Source: Pasteurella multocida | GTDB lineage: Bacteria > Pseudomonadota > Gammaproteobacteria > Enterobacterales > Pasteurellaceae | Direction: 5' to 3' | Assembly (NCBI RefSeq): GCF_900187275.1 | Contig: NZ_LT906458.1 | Coordinates: forward strand, 1,650,001 to 1,682,000 | Length of the DNA stretch: 32,000 bases | Shown: piece by piece, positions 11,644 to 22,082 of the stretch | Position numbering within the stretch: position 1 is the first letter of the stretch | How the letters are laid out: each line of letters starts with the position of its first letter | The notes under the pieces: model-generated | Database searches by the model: none | The model's input: the letters and a program-made list of their open reading frames with translations, nothing else | Told to the model about the DNA's origin: nothing | Made by a program: the position numbers and the translations under genes

Positions 11644-13443
11644 TTAGGCTAAGAATCGCCCAATGACTTGACCTCCGACTAACACCCAAGTCATTAACAG
11701 AGAGGTGAAAAATACCCCTAAATAAATATAGCCTGTTTTTAAATAGCACCAGTGATTGATCACGGTGAAGACAATAAACTGTGGAATAATAACGGCTAAC
11801 ATCATCATCCAACGTCCACCAAATTGTGGCAGTCCCACCACATCAAATCCCGGACCGATTTGCATAAAACCAGGAACAAAATGGAATAACCATAAAATAA
11901 TTAAACCACCAGTAGCAAAAAGTGCGGTTTTGAAACTCCAGATCAACAATGTTGCTGTAAACGAACTCGCCACTTTTTGTTTCATTTGGACTGACACGAT
12001 CAAACCGTTGAACACGAAGAAAAAGACCAAAATAGGTAACCAATACACGATAAATAAATTAAACCGCTCTACCGTTAATGGCTTCAATAATGGCCATAAG
12101 AAACGTAACTCAACATGGAAATATTGATAAATCAGACTGACAAGGAAATATAAACCGGCAAATAACAATAAGCTGAGTAATAAATAACGTCCAATCAGTT
12201 GCGCCGTTGTCAAGGAAGCAGATTGGCTCAACACACCAAACTCTGCCCAACAAAACTGTGCTTTTCTTTGCCACAAGCCAAATAAAAGACTACCGACAAG
12301 CCCACTCACAACGAGCCATAAAATAATGCCATTTCCCATTTCAAGTGGCATAAAACTCAATTTCGCGGCAATCGGTTCATTCGCACCGCCCCACTGGGTA
12401 AATAGCGGATAGAGCAGTAATGTCAGCACAATATTAATCAGCGTAAAGCCCCACCATTGTTTGCTCGAAATTGCTGTCTTTTCTGTGACGGCTTGATTCA
12501 TCACGCCAAAATAGGTCGTTTTTAAAAGTCCGCTGGCAAAACATAATGTGGCAAGCAAAGCACAAGCTAAAGCAAATAACCCTGTAAGTTCTTTATACCA
12601 ATAGGTTTGTTGGTCAGGATCAATCCAATCCGCACCTTTTTCGCCATGTTGCAATGCTTGATTAAACCAAAGAATGGCTTCTTTATTACTCTGGGAAGCA
12701 ATCATCACCCCAAGATGGGTACCATCGACCATTGCCGCACGACGTGCAGAACCGGTGTTAAAGTCACCATAGGTATGATCCCACTGCAAAGTTTCATTTT
12801 CGCCTAACCCAAATGCTTTCAGGCGGTTAGGATGATGAATCAAACTTTTTACAGGGAAGGTTCTTTCACGATAGCCACCGATTTCTTCGTACAATCCTTG
12901 TGTCAATAAGTAGTTATTCAATGTCATCTCACCACCATTGCTACTTAATCCATTGACAGCTTTGTGATCTGGATTGAGTTTTGCCACGCGAATTGCATTT
13001 AACGCGCCAGTAGAGTGACCAAAGAGACCTAACCGTGTGTTATCTACAAACGGCAACGTTTTTAAATATTGATAACCATTATTCGCTCCACTCATATTTT
13101 TATTTGAAGCGGGTAACTTAGTAGAATAGCCATGTCCAAAATGATCGATCGCTAGCACCACAAAACCGCGCTTAGCCAGCTCCAACGCACCAAATGTACT
13201 GGTTGCTTCTTTATCACTTTGATAGCCATGCAATGCCAAAAGTCCTGGCTTCGGTGTGTCTGCCGTAGCAGAAACTGGACGATATAGCTTCGCGGCCATC
13301 GGTTGCATTTCTTCTGTCATAAAGCTCACATGGCTCACCTCAATTCGACCAAAATCGCGATCTATTGCCGAAGCAAGATAGGCACCTAAAAACGTGAACA
13401 AAAGAAACACACTTCCCCAAAAATAAGGTTTACTTGAATGCAT
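11644..13443 (-). CDS. alpha/beta-hydrolase fused to a C-terminal multi-TM integral membrane domain
   Basis: ORF 11644..13461; ATG at 13443 has AGGAG upstream. LLALHGYQSDK, nucleophile elbow GLFGHSTGA, then about 300 aa of repeated hydrophobic helices. Confidence 0.8.
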   Translation of the reverse strand: MHSSKPYFWGSVFLLFTFLGAYLASAIDRDFGRIEVSHVSFMTEEMQPMAAKLYRPVSATADTPKPGLLALHGYQSDKEATSTFGALELAKRGFVVLAIDHFGHGYSTKLPASNKNMSGANNGYQYLKTLPFVDNTRLGLFGHSTGALNAIRVAKLNPDHKAVNGLSSNGGEMTLNNYLLTQGLYEEIGGYRERTFPVKSLIHHPNRLKAFGLGENETLQWDHTYGDFNTGSARRAAMVDGTHLGVMIASQSNKEAILWFNQALQHGEKGADWIDPDQQTYWYKELTGLFALACALLATLCFASGLLKTTYFGVMNQAVTEKTAISSKQWWGFTLINIVLTLLLYPLFTQWGGANEPIAAKLSFMPLEMGNGIILWLVVSGLVGSLLFGLWQRKAQFCWAEFGVLSQSASLTTAQLIGRYLLLSLLLFAGLYFLVSLIYQYFHVELRFLWPLLKPLTVERFNLFIVYWLPILVFFFVFNGLIVSVQMKQKVASSFTATLLIWSFKTALFATGGLIILWLFHFVPGFMQIGPGFDVVGLPQFGGRWMMMLAVIIPQFIVFTVINHWCYLKTGYIYLGVFFTSLLMTWVLVGGQVIGRFLA

Positions 13444-13444
13444 C

Positions 13445-14119
13445 TTATCTCTCCTCTGCAAGCACAGTCACTTGTGCGCTATCAATTCCTTTGACTAATA
13501 AAGGCATCGCTAATACCCGCATTAACGTTTCACTGTTCACTTGAGATAATTTCATATCTTCAATAATGCAAATAAAGGCTGGCTTATACATCCCAAGCAT
13601 CACTTGATGTGCTTCCACACCATGTTCGGGATTTGCCGGCGATGCCAAGGAAATAAAATCAAAACCAATCGCTTTTAAATGACTCGCATGATCAATCAAA
13701 TATTTCGCTGCTTGGATACTGACAGCGCCGCCATTTGCAGCATATTGTTGCGGGTCGGTTTGGCGTAACTGCTCTAACCCCGTACGAATGAAAAGAGAGT
13801 CCGCTTGTTGCATTTGTGTCAAATAAGGCGCCAGATCTTCAGGTTCAATTAATGTACCGGGTGCTTTGGGAATATCAACTAACAACGGTTTTTCATAAAT
13901 AAATGTACTCAATGGCAGTTCTGAAATAGATAAGCCATTTGGATTGAAATGTTTTGGCGCATCAAAATGTGTACCAAAATGATTAAATAAATGAATAATG
14001 GCACTGTTATAAACATCCCCTTCGGCAATGCTCGTGCTACTTTCGAAAGTCAGTGTCGGCTCCCCGGGAAACCCGGGATCCTTGATATCTAACGGATAAG
14101 ACAGTAATTGATAATTCAT
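13445..14119 (-). CDS. cyclase-family (kynurenine-formamidase-like) metal-dependent hydrolase, 224 aa
   Basis: Cyclase-family metal-binding signature FNHFGTHFDAPKHF; 15-nt gap after otnI, abutting the next gene. Confidence 0.8.
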   Translation of the reverse strand: MNYQLLSYPLDIKDPGFPGEPTLTFESSTSIAEGDVYNSAIIHLFNHFGTHFDAPKHFNPNGLSISELPLSTFIYEKPLLVDIPKAPGTLIEPEDLAPYLTQMQQADSLFIRTGLEQLRQTDPQQYAANGGAVSIQAAKYLIDHASHLKAIGFDFISLASPANPEHGVEAHQVMLGMYKPAFICIIEDMKLSQVNSETLMRVLAMPLLVKGIDSAQVTVLAEER

Positions 14120-14134
14120 CTTAGCGCTCCTGAC

Positions 14135-14917
14135 TTACGCGTCTTTATAAGGCGCAAACCAATCTAATCCGACGACAGTTTCGATTTTTGGCTTATATTC
14201 ACAGCCAATAAAGCCGCGATAGCCCATTTGATCTAACTTATCAAATAAATAAGTGTAGTTAATTTCTCCTTCATTCGGCTCATGACGATCTGGTACCGAG
14301 GCAATTTGAATATGTGCCACTTTGTCTTTCAACAAATCTGTCAGCTGTGACAACTTGCCATCGACATTTTGGGCATGAAAATAATCAAGCTGGATAAAGA
14401 CATTATCCCGATCAACTAAATTCACAATGTCTAATGTATCAAATTGACTTTTTAGCAAATAATTTGGTTTCACCTGTGGACTTAAGGCTTCGAGTAGAAT
14501 CTTAATACCATGCGGTTTGAATTTTTCTGCCGCGTAACGAAGATTCTGCACAAAGGTACGTTTATACAGCTCGCGATCCGCACCTTCTGGTACAACCGCT
14601 GCCATAATATGAACACTCGGGCAATCGAGTGCTAGCGCATATTCCAAGGCTAAATCAATATCACGATGACTGTCTTGTTCGCGTCCCGGAATCGCTGACA
14701 CGCCCCACTCCCCTTGTTCAATATTTCCCGCAGCCGTATTAAATAACACTTGCTTCAGCCCATATTGCACCAATTTTTCTTTTAACACTGAGGCGGGATA
14801 GTCATAAGGCCATAAATATTCCACATATTTAAAGCCCGCTTTCGACGCCGCTTCAAAACGATCTAAAAAAGGCACTTCAGTAAACATCATGGTTAAATTT
14901 GCAGCAAATTTTGGCAT
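14135..14917 (-). CDS. otnI: 2-oxo-tetronate isomerase (hydroxypyruvate isomerase-like TIM barrel)
   Basis: [40 protein letters not shown]; [13 protein letters not shown]; GFIGCEYKP; Hyi/OtnI family. Confidence 0.92.
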   Translation of the reverse strand: MPKFAANLTMMFTEVPFLDRFEAASKAGFKYVEYLWPYDYPASVLKEKLVQYGLKQVLFNTAAGNIEQGEWGVSAIPGREQDSHRDIDLALEYALALDCPSVHIMAAVVPEGADRELYKRTFVQNLRYAAEKFKPHGIKILLEALSPQVKPNYLLKSQFDTLDIVNLVDRDNVFIQLDYFHAQNVDGKLSQLTDLLKDKVAHIQIASVPDRHEPNEGEINYTYLFDKLDQMGYRGFIGCEYKPKIETVVGLDWFAPYKDA

Positions 14918-14918
14918 A

Positions 14919-15551
14919 CTATTTTCCCCTCTTTTCGAGATCTTTCACTTCGTCATCGGTCAGATAACGAACTTGTTGGCCTTTTAAGAGGAAATACAAT
15001 TTTGCGGTTTCCTCTAATTCTTCGGTATTGTCCACGGCATCAACCAAATCGGTTCCCGTTACAACCACACCGTGATTGGCCAATAAAAACGCTTTGCTCA
15101 GTAATGCGCGCTCACTCAGTTCACGCGCAATATTCGTATCACCGGGGCGATAATAAGGAATCACCGGAAGCTTGCCGACACGCATCACATAGTAGGGTGT
15201 GAATGCTTTCATCGCATTATCTGGATTGAGCCCCTCTAAACACGAAAGGGCAGTGAGATAAGTTGAATGTAAATGAACAATGGCATGACATGCCGGATTT
15301 TTGTGATACATCGCCAAATGAAAGACAGACTCCTTAGAGGGCTTCTTACCCGATAACAAGTTGCCTTCCATATCCAATACAGAGAGACTGTCCGCCTCTA
15401 AACGCCCCAAAGAAGAGCCCGTTGGCGTGACTAAAATACGTTTCTCATCTAAACGTACAGACAAATTTCCTGCGCCCCCCACACTATAGCCTCGTTCAAA
15501 TAATGAGCGCGCAAGATTCACCATTTCTTTTTTTTGTTCGAGTTCTGTCAT
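14919..15551 (-). CDS. otnC: 3-oxo-tetronate 4-phosphate decarboxylase (class II aldolase/adducin family)
   Basis: [38 protein letters not shown]; 4-nt overlap with otnK. Confidence 0.93.
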   Translation of the reverse strand: MTELEQKKEMVNLARSLFERGYSVGGAGNLSVRLDEKRILVTPTGSSLGRLEADSLSVLDMEGNLLSGKKPSKESVFHLAMYHKNPACHAIVHLHSTYLTALSCLEGLNPDNAMKAFTPYYVMRVGKLPVIPYYRPGDTNIARELSERALLSKAFLLANHGVVVTGTDLVDAVDNTEELEETAKLYFLLKGQQVRYLTDDEVKDLEKRGK

Positions 15552-16789
15552 ATCAACATTCCTTGTGCGAAAGCAAAAAAGTCTTCTGTCCCGAAATTCC
15601 CTGATTTCAAAGCAAGATAAATATCTTCATCTAATGCTTTTAACCAAGGCACTCCGGGAGCAATTTGTTTACCGATTTGGAAGCCTGTAAAACCAAGTTG
15701 CTGAACCACAATGCTTGACGTTTCTCCACCCGCAGTAATGAAGTTCACTACCCCAGCGGCTTTCAGTTTTTGCGCGAGCTGTGCAAATGTGTTTTCGATC
15801 GCTTGGCTAGCTTTTTCCACACCAAATTCCGCTTGAATTTGTTTGAGCTTATCGGGTGATACCGTGGCATACACCATAGGCGCCAAATCGTGATCTAAAT
15901 GAGCAATAACCCATTTTGCTAGCACATCGGCATACGCAGGATTTGATAGGCTTTGTTCAACATCCAAATAAAAGTGCGGTGCTTTTTCTGCATATTTCGC
16001 CACTTGTTTATTGGTCATCACAGAACAAGACCCTGACAGCACCACCGTTTTACCTTTTGGTGGCAATAACGCATTGTCGCCATGCTGACCACCACTAGCA
16101 CGCGCCGCCATATAAGCAGCTAATCCCGATCCACCCGTCACCAATTTCAAGTCTGTAATGGCTTCTGCCAAAACAGCTAATTGATCATTATCGACAGAAT
16201 CCACGACTGCATAACGGAAGCCTTGTTGTTGTAAAGTACGAAAACACGATTTCACATAGTCACTGCCTTTCAACAGATCCGCATAGCACACAAGTCCTGT
16301 TTTCCCGAGCGCTTGTTGATCCATCAAGCGCACTAAATTGGCATCTTTCATCGGCGTAATCGGGTGATTTTGCATACCGGATTCATTCAATAGCACCTCA
16401 CCAACAAACAGATAACCATTAAAAATAGTGCGACCATTAACCGGTAAAGCTGGGCAAATAATCGTGAAATCCGCGTTTAACGCATCCAATAATGCATCCG
16501 TCACAGGACCAATATTGCCTTTTGCTGTACTATCAAAGGTGGAACAATATTTAAAATAGAACTGAGTACAGCCCTGTTGTTGTAACCAATGTAGTGCTTG
16601 TAAAGATTGAGCGATGGCTTCATCAACGGGATTAGAACGTGACTTTAAACTGATCACAATCGCATCCACAGGCGCTGTCAACGACTGCTTAGGCACCCCA
16701 TTCATCTGTACGGTAGCAAGCCCATTTTCCACTAGAAAACTGGCAATATCACTCGCACCAGTAAAATCATCTGCAATGACACCTAACAT
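15548..16789 (-). CDS. otnK: 3-oxo-tetronate kinase (former DUF1537 family)
   Basis: MLGVIADDFTGASDIASFLVENG, YCSTFDSTAKGNIGPV, TAGGETSSIV; ATG at 16789 with GGAG 7 nt upstream; ORF track gives 16795 (GTG). Confidence 0.94.
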   Translation of the reverse strand: MLGVIADDFTGASDIASFLVENGLATVQMNGVPKQSLTAPVDAIVISLKSRSNPVDEAIAQSLQALHWLQQQGCTQFYFKYCSTFDSTAKGNIGPVTDALLDALNADFTIICPALPVNGRTIFNGYLFVGEVLLNESGMQNHPITPMKDANLVRLMDQQALGKTGLVCYADLLKGSDYVKSCFRTLQQQGFRYAVVDSVDNDQLAVLAEAITDLKLVTGGSGLAAYMAARASGGQHGDNALLPPKGKTVVLSGSCSVMTNKQVAKYAEKAPHFYLDVEQSLSNPAYADVLAKWVIAHLDHDLAPMVYATVSPDKLKQIQAEFGVEKASQAIENTFAQLAQKLKAAGVVNFITAGGETSSIVVQQLGFTGFQIGKQIAPGVPWLKALDEDIYLALKSGNFGTEDFFAFAQGMLI

Positions 16790-16791
16790 AA

Positions 16792-17697
16792 TCACGCTCC
16801 TTTTTTCTGTGGTAATTCAATGCCACTAAAAATCTTAATCACCGCACTATCATCTTCTTTGCCATACCCCGCATTGCTGGCTGACGTAAACATATTAAAC
16901 GCCGTGCTTGCTAGCGGTAACGGGAACTTCAAAGATTTTGCAGTATCCGTGACAAGACCTAAATCTTTCACAAAAATATCTACCATAGACAGTGGGGTAT
17001 AGTCGCCCTCTACAACGTGCTTCATACGATTTTCAAACATCCAAGAATTCCCTGCAGCATGAGTCACCACGTCATACATTAAATCGAGTGGAATACCAGC
17101 TCTAGCTGCTAATGCCATGGCTTCTGCACCCGCGGCAATATGTACCCCCGCGAGTAATTGGTGAATAATTTTCACGGTTGCCCCTAAGCCAATTTCTTCA
17201 CCGATGTTATACACTTTACCCGCCACCGCATCTAAGACTGGTTGCAATTTCGTAAAAGCTTGTTGAGAACCAGATGCCATCACGGTCATCTCGCCTGCCG
17301 CCGCTTTTGCTGCCCCTCCAGAAACAGGCGCATCTAACATCACCAACCCTAGCTCTGTTAATTTTTGTGAAATCTGCTGCGCATCTTGTGCAGAAATGGT
17401 AGAAGAGACCATCACCGCAGTACCTGGTTTTAAATGACTTGCCAAGCCTTTCTCGCCAAATAGCACTGTATTCACTTGGCTAGCATTGACAACTAACAAC
17501 AACACCGCATCTAATTCTTGTGCAAAATCCACCGCGCTTTGTGATACGCCTTTTGCTCCCTCGGCTTTAAGTTTCTCCAAGGCAAGCGGGTTCAGATCTG
17601 CACCGTAAGTTGTTAATCCTGCTCGAATACAAGATTGCGCGGCGCCCATTCCCATTGCACCTAAGCCAATCACGGCGACTGAAATATTTTGATTCAT
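16792..17697 (-). CDS. ltnD: L-threonate dehydrogenase (3-hydroxyisobutyrate dehydrogenase family)
   Basis: VAVIGLGAMGMGAAQSCIRAG, VMLDAPVSGGAAKA, VKIIHQLLAG; ATG at 17697 behind GGAGG. Confidence 0.93.
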   Translation of the reverse strand: MNQNISVAVIGLGAMGMGAAQSCIRAGLTTYGADLNPLALEKLKAEGAKGVSQSAVDFAQELDAVLLLVVNASQVNTVLFGEKGLASHLKPGTAVMVSSTISAQDAQQISQKLTELGLVMLDAPVSGGAAKAAAGEMTVMASGSQQAFTKLQPVLDAVAGKVYNIGEEIGLGATVKIIHQLLAGVHIAAGAEAMALAARAGIPLDLMYDVVTHAAGNSWMFENRMKHVVEGDYTPLSMVDIFVKDLGLVTDTAKSLKFPLPLASTAFNMFTSASNAGYGKEDDSAVIKIFSGIELPQKKGA

Positions 17698-17766
17698 AAG
17701 TTCCTCCACTCAGATTTTAACGGGTGTTCGACTAACACTATATTGCCTCCTTTTATAAAATAAATC

Positions 17767-17782
17767 TGCGATCGAGATCTCA
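17767..17782. promoter_or_regulatory. candidate CRP/CRP-S-like site in the divergent otn promoter region
   Basis: TGCGATCGAGATCTCA (followed by AAAA); TGCGA left half resembles Pasteurellaceae CRP-S sites. Confidence 0.4.
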
Positions 17783-17784
17783 AA

Positions 17785-17816
17785 ATTTAACAAATCAATG
17801 TTAAATTTTGTTAAAT
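17785..17816. promoter_or_regulatory. candidate operator cluster for the DeoR-type regulator
   Basis: Perfect 10-bp inverted repeat ATTTAACAAA(17785-17794)...TTTGTTAAAT(17807-17816) plus TGTTAAAT at 17799-17806 and 17809-17816 with 10-bp period. Confidence 0.55.
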
Positions 17817-17911
17817 GCGTTTATTTTTAAGCCTTAAAATAGAAAACTTACACAGAATAAAAAAAATCAGCGTATAATTTGCCTTAATTTTGGTTAAATG
17901 GATGTAAAAGC

Positions 17912-18673
17912 ATGTTAATCCCCGCAGAACGTCAAAAGAAAATCCTTAATTTAATTCATCAACAAGGTATTGTCCGCATTACGAATCTGGTCGAATTAAT
18001 GGGTGTTTCCCACATGACCATTCGTCGCGATATTCAAAAATTGGAAGAAAAGGGCAAAGTCGTTTCTGTTTCGGGGGGAGTACAGCTATTAGAAAGGTTA
18101 ATTTCCGAGCCTACTCGCGATGATAAATCGCTGTTATTTCATCAACAAAAATCAGCGATTGGTTTAGTCGCCGCAAATCTGATTCCTGCCAATGCAACGA
18201 TCTATTTAGATGCAGGCACCACCACTTTAGAAATCGCCAAACAGATTACAGATCGTGATGACTTATTGGTAATCACCAATGATTTTGGCATTGTGGATTA
18301 CTTAATTAGCAATGGACGTTGTGACTTAATTCATACTGGGGGGCGAGTGTGTAAAGAAAATCGTTCTTCTGTGGGGGAATTATCTGCCCAATTTTTGCGG
18401 AACATTTCTATTGATATCGCCTTTATTTCGACTTCCTCATGGAATTTACAAGGATTGACGACACCAGATGAAAATAAATTACCGGTTAAACGTGCCATTG
18501 TACAAGCTAGCAGACGGAATATCCTTGTCACAGACTCCTCAAAATACGGCAAAGTCGCGACGTTTTTACTCTATGCTCTGGATACATTAGATCAAATTAT
18601 TTGCGATAAAGCTTTGCTCATCAACGCGCAAGAAAAGATTAAAGAAATGGATATTGAACTTTTGTTAGTGTAA
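17912..18673 (+). CDS. DeoR/GlpR-family transcriptional regulator, likely regulator of the tetronate operon
   Basis: MLIPAERQKKILNLIHQQGIVRITNLVELMGVSHMTIRRDIQKLEEKGKVVSVSGG; DAGTTT sugar-phosphate-binding motif; divergent from ltnD. Confidence 0.93.
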   Translation: MLIPAERQKKILNLIHQQGIVRITNLVELMGVSHMTIRRDIQKLEEKGKVVSVSGGVQLLERLISEPTRDDKSLLFHQQKSAIGLVAANLIPANATIYLDAGTTTLEIAKQITDRDDLLVITNDFGIVDYLISNGRCDLIHTGGRVCKENRSSVGELSAQFLRNISIDIAFISTSSWNLQGLTTPDENKLPVKRAIVQASRRNILVTDSSKYGKVATFLLYALDTLDQIICDKALLINAQEKIKEMDIELLLV

Positions 18674-18678
18674 GAAAA

Positions 18679-18712
18679 AATGCGGTGAATATGTCAACAT
18701 ATTCACTGCATT
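18679..18712 (-). terminator. terminator downstream of pepD, possibly bidirectional
   Basis: 15-bp stem (one G-U) AATGCGGTGAATATG-TCAA-CATATTCACTGCATT, T6 tail on the minus strand. Confidence 0.8.
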
Positions 18713-18730
18713 GTTATGCTCGTTTAATGC

Positions 18731-20191
18731 TTATTTTGCTGGAATCGCAGCTAACAACTTCGTCAGTAGCGCCCAATAGGTTTGTACCGCAGGAATATGC
18801 ACTTTTTCATCTGGTGAGTGCGCATTACGGATCGTCGGTCCAATTGATACCATATCCATATCCGGATAAATCTTTTTCAGTAAACCGCATTCTAAGCCTG
18901 CATGGATCACTTTCACAACCGGAGCATAGCCCAAGACGTCGGCATAGACCTTTTCCGTTAATCCGACAATAGGCGCATCATTATGTGGCTCCCAACCAGG
19001 ATAATAGCCACTCAGCGTCATTTCTGCGCCTGTTAACGCGGCCAATGATTTTAATAAACTGCCAATATAGCGATTACCACTATGAATGAGTGAACGAATC
19101 AAAATCGTCCCTTTAATTTCATTTTCTTCGGTACGTAATACACCAATACTTAACGAACTTTCCACAACATTCTCTAACGCATCACTATTACGGATCACGC
19201 CATTTGGCAGTACATTAAGTAAATGAATGACTTTTTGCGTCGTGTTTTGTGAAAACACTGTATCCGCATTCTCGACAGGTTTCAGCGTCAATGACAGATT
19301 AGGTTCAACTTTCACTAACTCATGTTTTAATATCCCCTCAAACTCACTGACTGCTTGTTGTAAAGTGGCTAAATCCTCATTAAAAGCAAGTGTTGCAAAG
19401 GCTTCACGAGGAATCGCATTACGCACCGACCCACCACGAATATCACTTAATGCAAATTGGAAGTCTGGCTTATCTTGGGTAAGTTTGGCTAAAAAACGGG
19501 CAAGTACTTTAATCGCATTTGCACGACCAGTATGAATATCACCACCTGAGTGTCCACCAGAAAGCCCTTTTAAAATAAGCTGATAACTTTGTTCAAAAGT
19601 ATTCAGCTTACGCTCAATTTCCAACGTAATATTGGCATTTTCACCGCCCGCACACCCAATGTAGATTTCACCGTTTTCTTCCGTATCGGTGTTGATCATG
19701 ATTTCACTTTGTAACCAATTTGGACGTAACCCAATCGCACCTTCCATGCCAGACTCTTCTGTCATAGTCAATAAGACTTCTAACGGAGGATGTACCAAAT
19801 CATCACTATCTAACACCGCTAACGCAGACGCCATACCAATTCCATTATCAGCACCAAGTGTTGTCCCTTTTGCTTTTACCCACTCACCATCAATATAAGG
19901 TTGAATAGGATCTTTGGTAAAATCATGCACGGTACCTTCATTCGCTTGAGGCACCATGTCTAAGTGCGCTTGTAATGCCACCGGCACATGGTTTTCCATA
20001 CCCGCACTGGCAGGTTTACGAATCAAAATATTGCCGACTTCATCACGCTCAGCATAAAACCCTTTGCCTTTTGCCCAATGCACAATGAATTGTGCAATTT
20101 GCTCTTCATGATAAGACGGATGTGGAATAGCGCAAATTTGGCTAAACCATTTCCATAATAATGTTGGTTGTAGTGTTTTGATTTCTGACAT
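18731..20191 (-). CDS. pepD: aminoacyl-histidine dipeptidase (peptidase D)
   Basis: [70 protein letters not shown]; ATG at 20191 has an AGGAG RBS (ORF track start 20233 is upstream). Confidence 0.96.
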   Translation of the reverse strand: MSEIKTLQPTLLWKWFSQICAIPHPSYHEEQIAQFIVHWAKGKGFYAERDEVGNILIRKPASAGMENHVPVALQAHLDMVPQANEGTVHDFTKDPIQPYIDGEWVKAKGTTLGADNGIGMASALAVLDSDDLVHPPLEVLLTMTEESGMEGAIGLRPNWLQSEIMINTDTEENGEIYIGCAGGENANITLEIERKLNTFEQSYQLILKGLSGGHSGGDIHTGRANAIKVLARFLAKLTQDKPDFQFALSDIRGGSVRNAIPREAFATLAFNEDLATLQQAVSEFEGILKHELVKVEPNLSLTLKPVENADTVFSQNTTQKVIHLLNVLPNGVIRNSDALENVVESSLSIGVLRTEENEIKGTILIRSLIHSGNRYIGSLLKSLAALTGAEMTLSGYYPGWEPHNDAPIVGLTEKVYADVLGYAPVVKVIHAGLECGLLKKIYPDMDMVSIGPTIRNAHSPDEKVHIPAVQTYWALLTKLLAAIPAK

Positions 20192-20349
20192 TGTGGTCTC
20201 CTCTTCAGAAATATGTACGCCTGTTCTGCTCATAAAAAATACGAAAAAAATCAGTAAAATTATAGCATAAAAGGCGATTTCGCGTTATCCTAACGCAATT
20301 TTTTAATTTATGGGTAAATTTTACCCCCTCTTTGTCAAAAGGTGTATTT

Positions 20350-20811
20350 ATGAGCGAAAAATATGTAGTGACTTGGGACATGTTCCAAATGCACGCGCGT
20401 AAATTATCGGAGCGCTTACTTCCTGCTTCACAATGGAAAGGCATTATTGCTGTCAGCCGTGGTGGATTATTTCCTGCGGCAGTACTTGCACGTGAACTGG
20501 GCATTCGTCATATCGAAACCGTCTGTATCGCTAGCTATCACGATCATGTTGAACAAGGCGAATTAAAAGTATTACATCGTGCCGAAGGTGATGGCGAAGG
20601 TTTCATCGTAGTGGATGACTTAGTGGATACAGGCAATACAGCACGTGCTATCCGTGACATGTATCCAAAAGCTAAATTTGTGACGGTATTCGCAAAACCC
20701 GCCGGTGCGGCATTAGTTGACGATTATGTGATCGATATTCCACAAAATACTTGGATTGAACAGCCTTGGGATTTAGGTTTAACCTTCATACCACCATTAG
20801 CCAGAAAATAA
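20350..20811 (+). CDS. gpt: xanthine(-guanine) phosphoribosyltransferase
   Basis: [63 protein letters not shown]; ATG at 20350. Confidence 0.95.
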   Translation: MSEKYVVTWDMFQMHARKLSERLLPASQWKGIIAVSRGGLFPAAVLARELGIRHIETVCIASYHDHVEQGELKVLHRAEGDGEGFIVVDDLVDTGNTARAIRDMYPKAKFVTVFAKPAGAALVDDYVIDIPQNTWIEQPWDLGLTFIPPLARK

Positions 20812-20841
20812 TCACAACGTTATTTTCGCTTTTCAAACATA

Positions 20842-20874
20842 AAAAATGCGAGTAATTAACTCGCATTTTTTGTT
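20842..20874. terminator. bidirectional terminator, copy 1 of an exact 33-bp repeat
   Basis: AAAAATGCGAGTAATTAACTCGCATTTTTTGTT between convergent gpt and uxuA. Confidence 0.9.
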
Positions 20875-20885
20875 TTACGCGTTTA

Positions 20886-22082
20886 TTATCTTTCAAAATA
20901 AACTTTTTTGAGAGCTAACTCCAATCCTCTAAATTCTGCTAAACCTTTTAGCCGACCAATTGCTGAATAACCTGGATTTGTTTTTTTATTCAAATCATCA
21001 AGCATTTGATGACCATGATCAGGACGCATTGGAATTAAACGACCATTTCCATTAGCTTTTCGTCTGTATTCTTCCGTTAAGAGAGCTTTGACAACATTAA
21101 ACATATCCACATCGCCTTCTAAATGTGCCGCTTCGTGAAAACTCAGTGGATTTTCTTCACGACAAGTAGAACGTAAATGTGCAAAGTAAATACGATCAGA
21201 GAATTGTTCCGTCATTTTCACTAAGTCATTATCTGAACGAACTCCATAAGATCCCGTACACATTGTAAAACCATTCGCCGCTAATGGTTGAGTTTTGACA
21301 AACCACTGCATATCCTCAATTGTCGAAACAATACGTGGGAGACCTAAAATTGGACGAGGAGGATCATCAGGATGAATTGCCATTTTAATCCCCACTTCCT
21401 CTGCAACAGGAATAATCTCATTTAAGAAATACGCCAAATGCGTACGAAATTTCTCTGGCGTGATATTTTGATAACGATCTAGCTGCCCTTGAAATTCACT
21501 TAAAGTATAACCTTCTTCCGCGCCAGGCAAGCCCGCAATAATATTATTCGTCAATTGTTGAATATCCTGCTTACTCATTTTTTCAAAATAGGTTTTTGCT
21601 TGCGAGCACTCTTCAGCAGAATAACTTTGCTCTGCATTTGGGCGTTTTAAAATATATAATTCAAAGGCAGCAAAGGCGATATGGTCGAATCGTAAAGCTT
21701 TTGAACCATCTGGCATTTGGTATGCCAAATCTGTCCGAGTCCAATCTAATACAGGCATAAAATTATAACACACCGTATCAATACCACATTTGGCAAGATG
21801 ACGTAGCGTCTGTTTATAATTTTCGATCCATTGTTGATATTGCCCTGTTTGTGTTTTAATTTCTTCATGAACAGGCACACTCTCCACGACTGACCAAACC
21901 AAACCAGCTTTTTCAATATCTGCTTTACGCTTCTCAATCTCTTCCACTGACCAAATTTGCCCATTTGGAATATGGTGAAGCGCAGTAACGATTCCTGTTG
22001 CACCTGCTTGACGAATGTCTGCTAATGAAACCGGATCTTGGGGGCCATACCAACGCCATGTTTGTTCCATAAAATTCTCCAT
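20886..22082 (-). CDS. uxuA: mannonate dehydratase
   Basis: [40 protein letters not shown]; RMDHG-type [13 protein letters not shown]; 398 aa. Confidence 0.97.
   Translation of the reverse strand: MENFMEQTWRWYGPQDPVSLADIRQAGATGIVTALHHIPNGQIWSVEEIEKRKADIEKAGLVWSVVESVPVHEEIKTQTGQYQQWIENYKQTLRHLAKCGIDTVCYNFMPVLDWTRTDLAYQMPDGSKALRFDHIAFAAFELYILKRPNAEQSYSAEECSQAKTYFEKMSKQDIQQLTNNIIAGLPGAEEGYTLSEFQGQLDRYQNITPEKFRTHLAYFLNEIIPVAEEVGIKMAIHPDDPPRPILGLPRIVSTIEDMQWFVKTQPLAANGFTMCTGSYGVRSDNDLVKMTEQFSDRIYFAHLRSTCREENPLSFHEAAHLEGDVDMFNVVKALLTEEYRRKANGNGRLIPMRPDHGHQMLDDLNKKTNPGYSAIGRLKGLAEFRGLELALKKVYFER

Noticed and set aside
11555-11812. 85-aa minus-strand ORF overlapping the 3' end of the membrane hydrolase
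   Set aside because: Out-of-frame overlap with a clear CDS; looks like a shadow ORF.
18685-18972. + strand 95-aa ORF following the DeoR-type regulator
   Set aside because: Lies antisense over the 3' end of pepD and the terminator; composition and position indicate a spurious shadow ORF.
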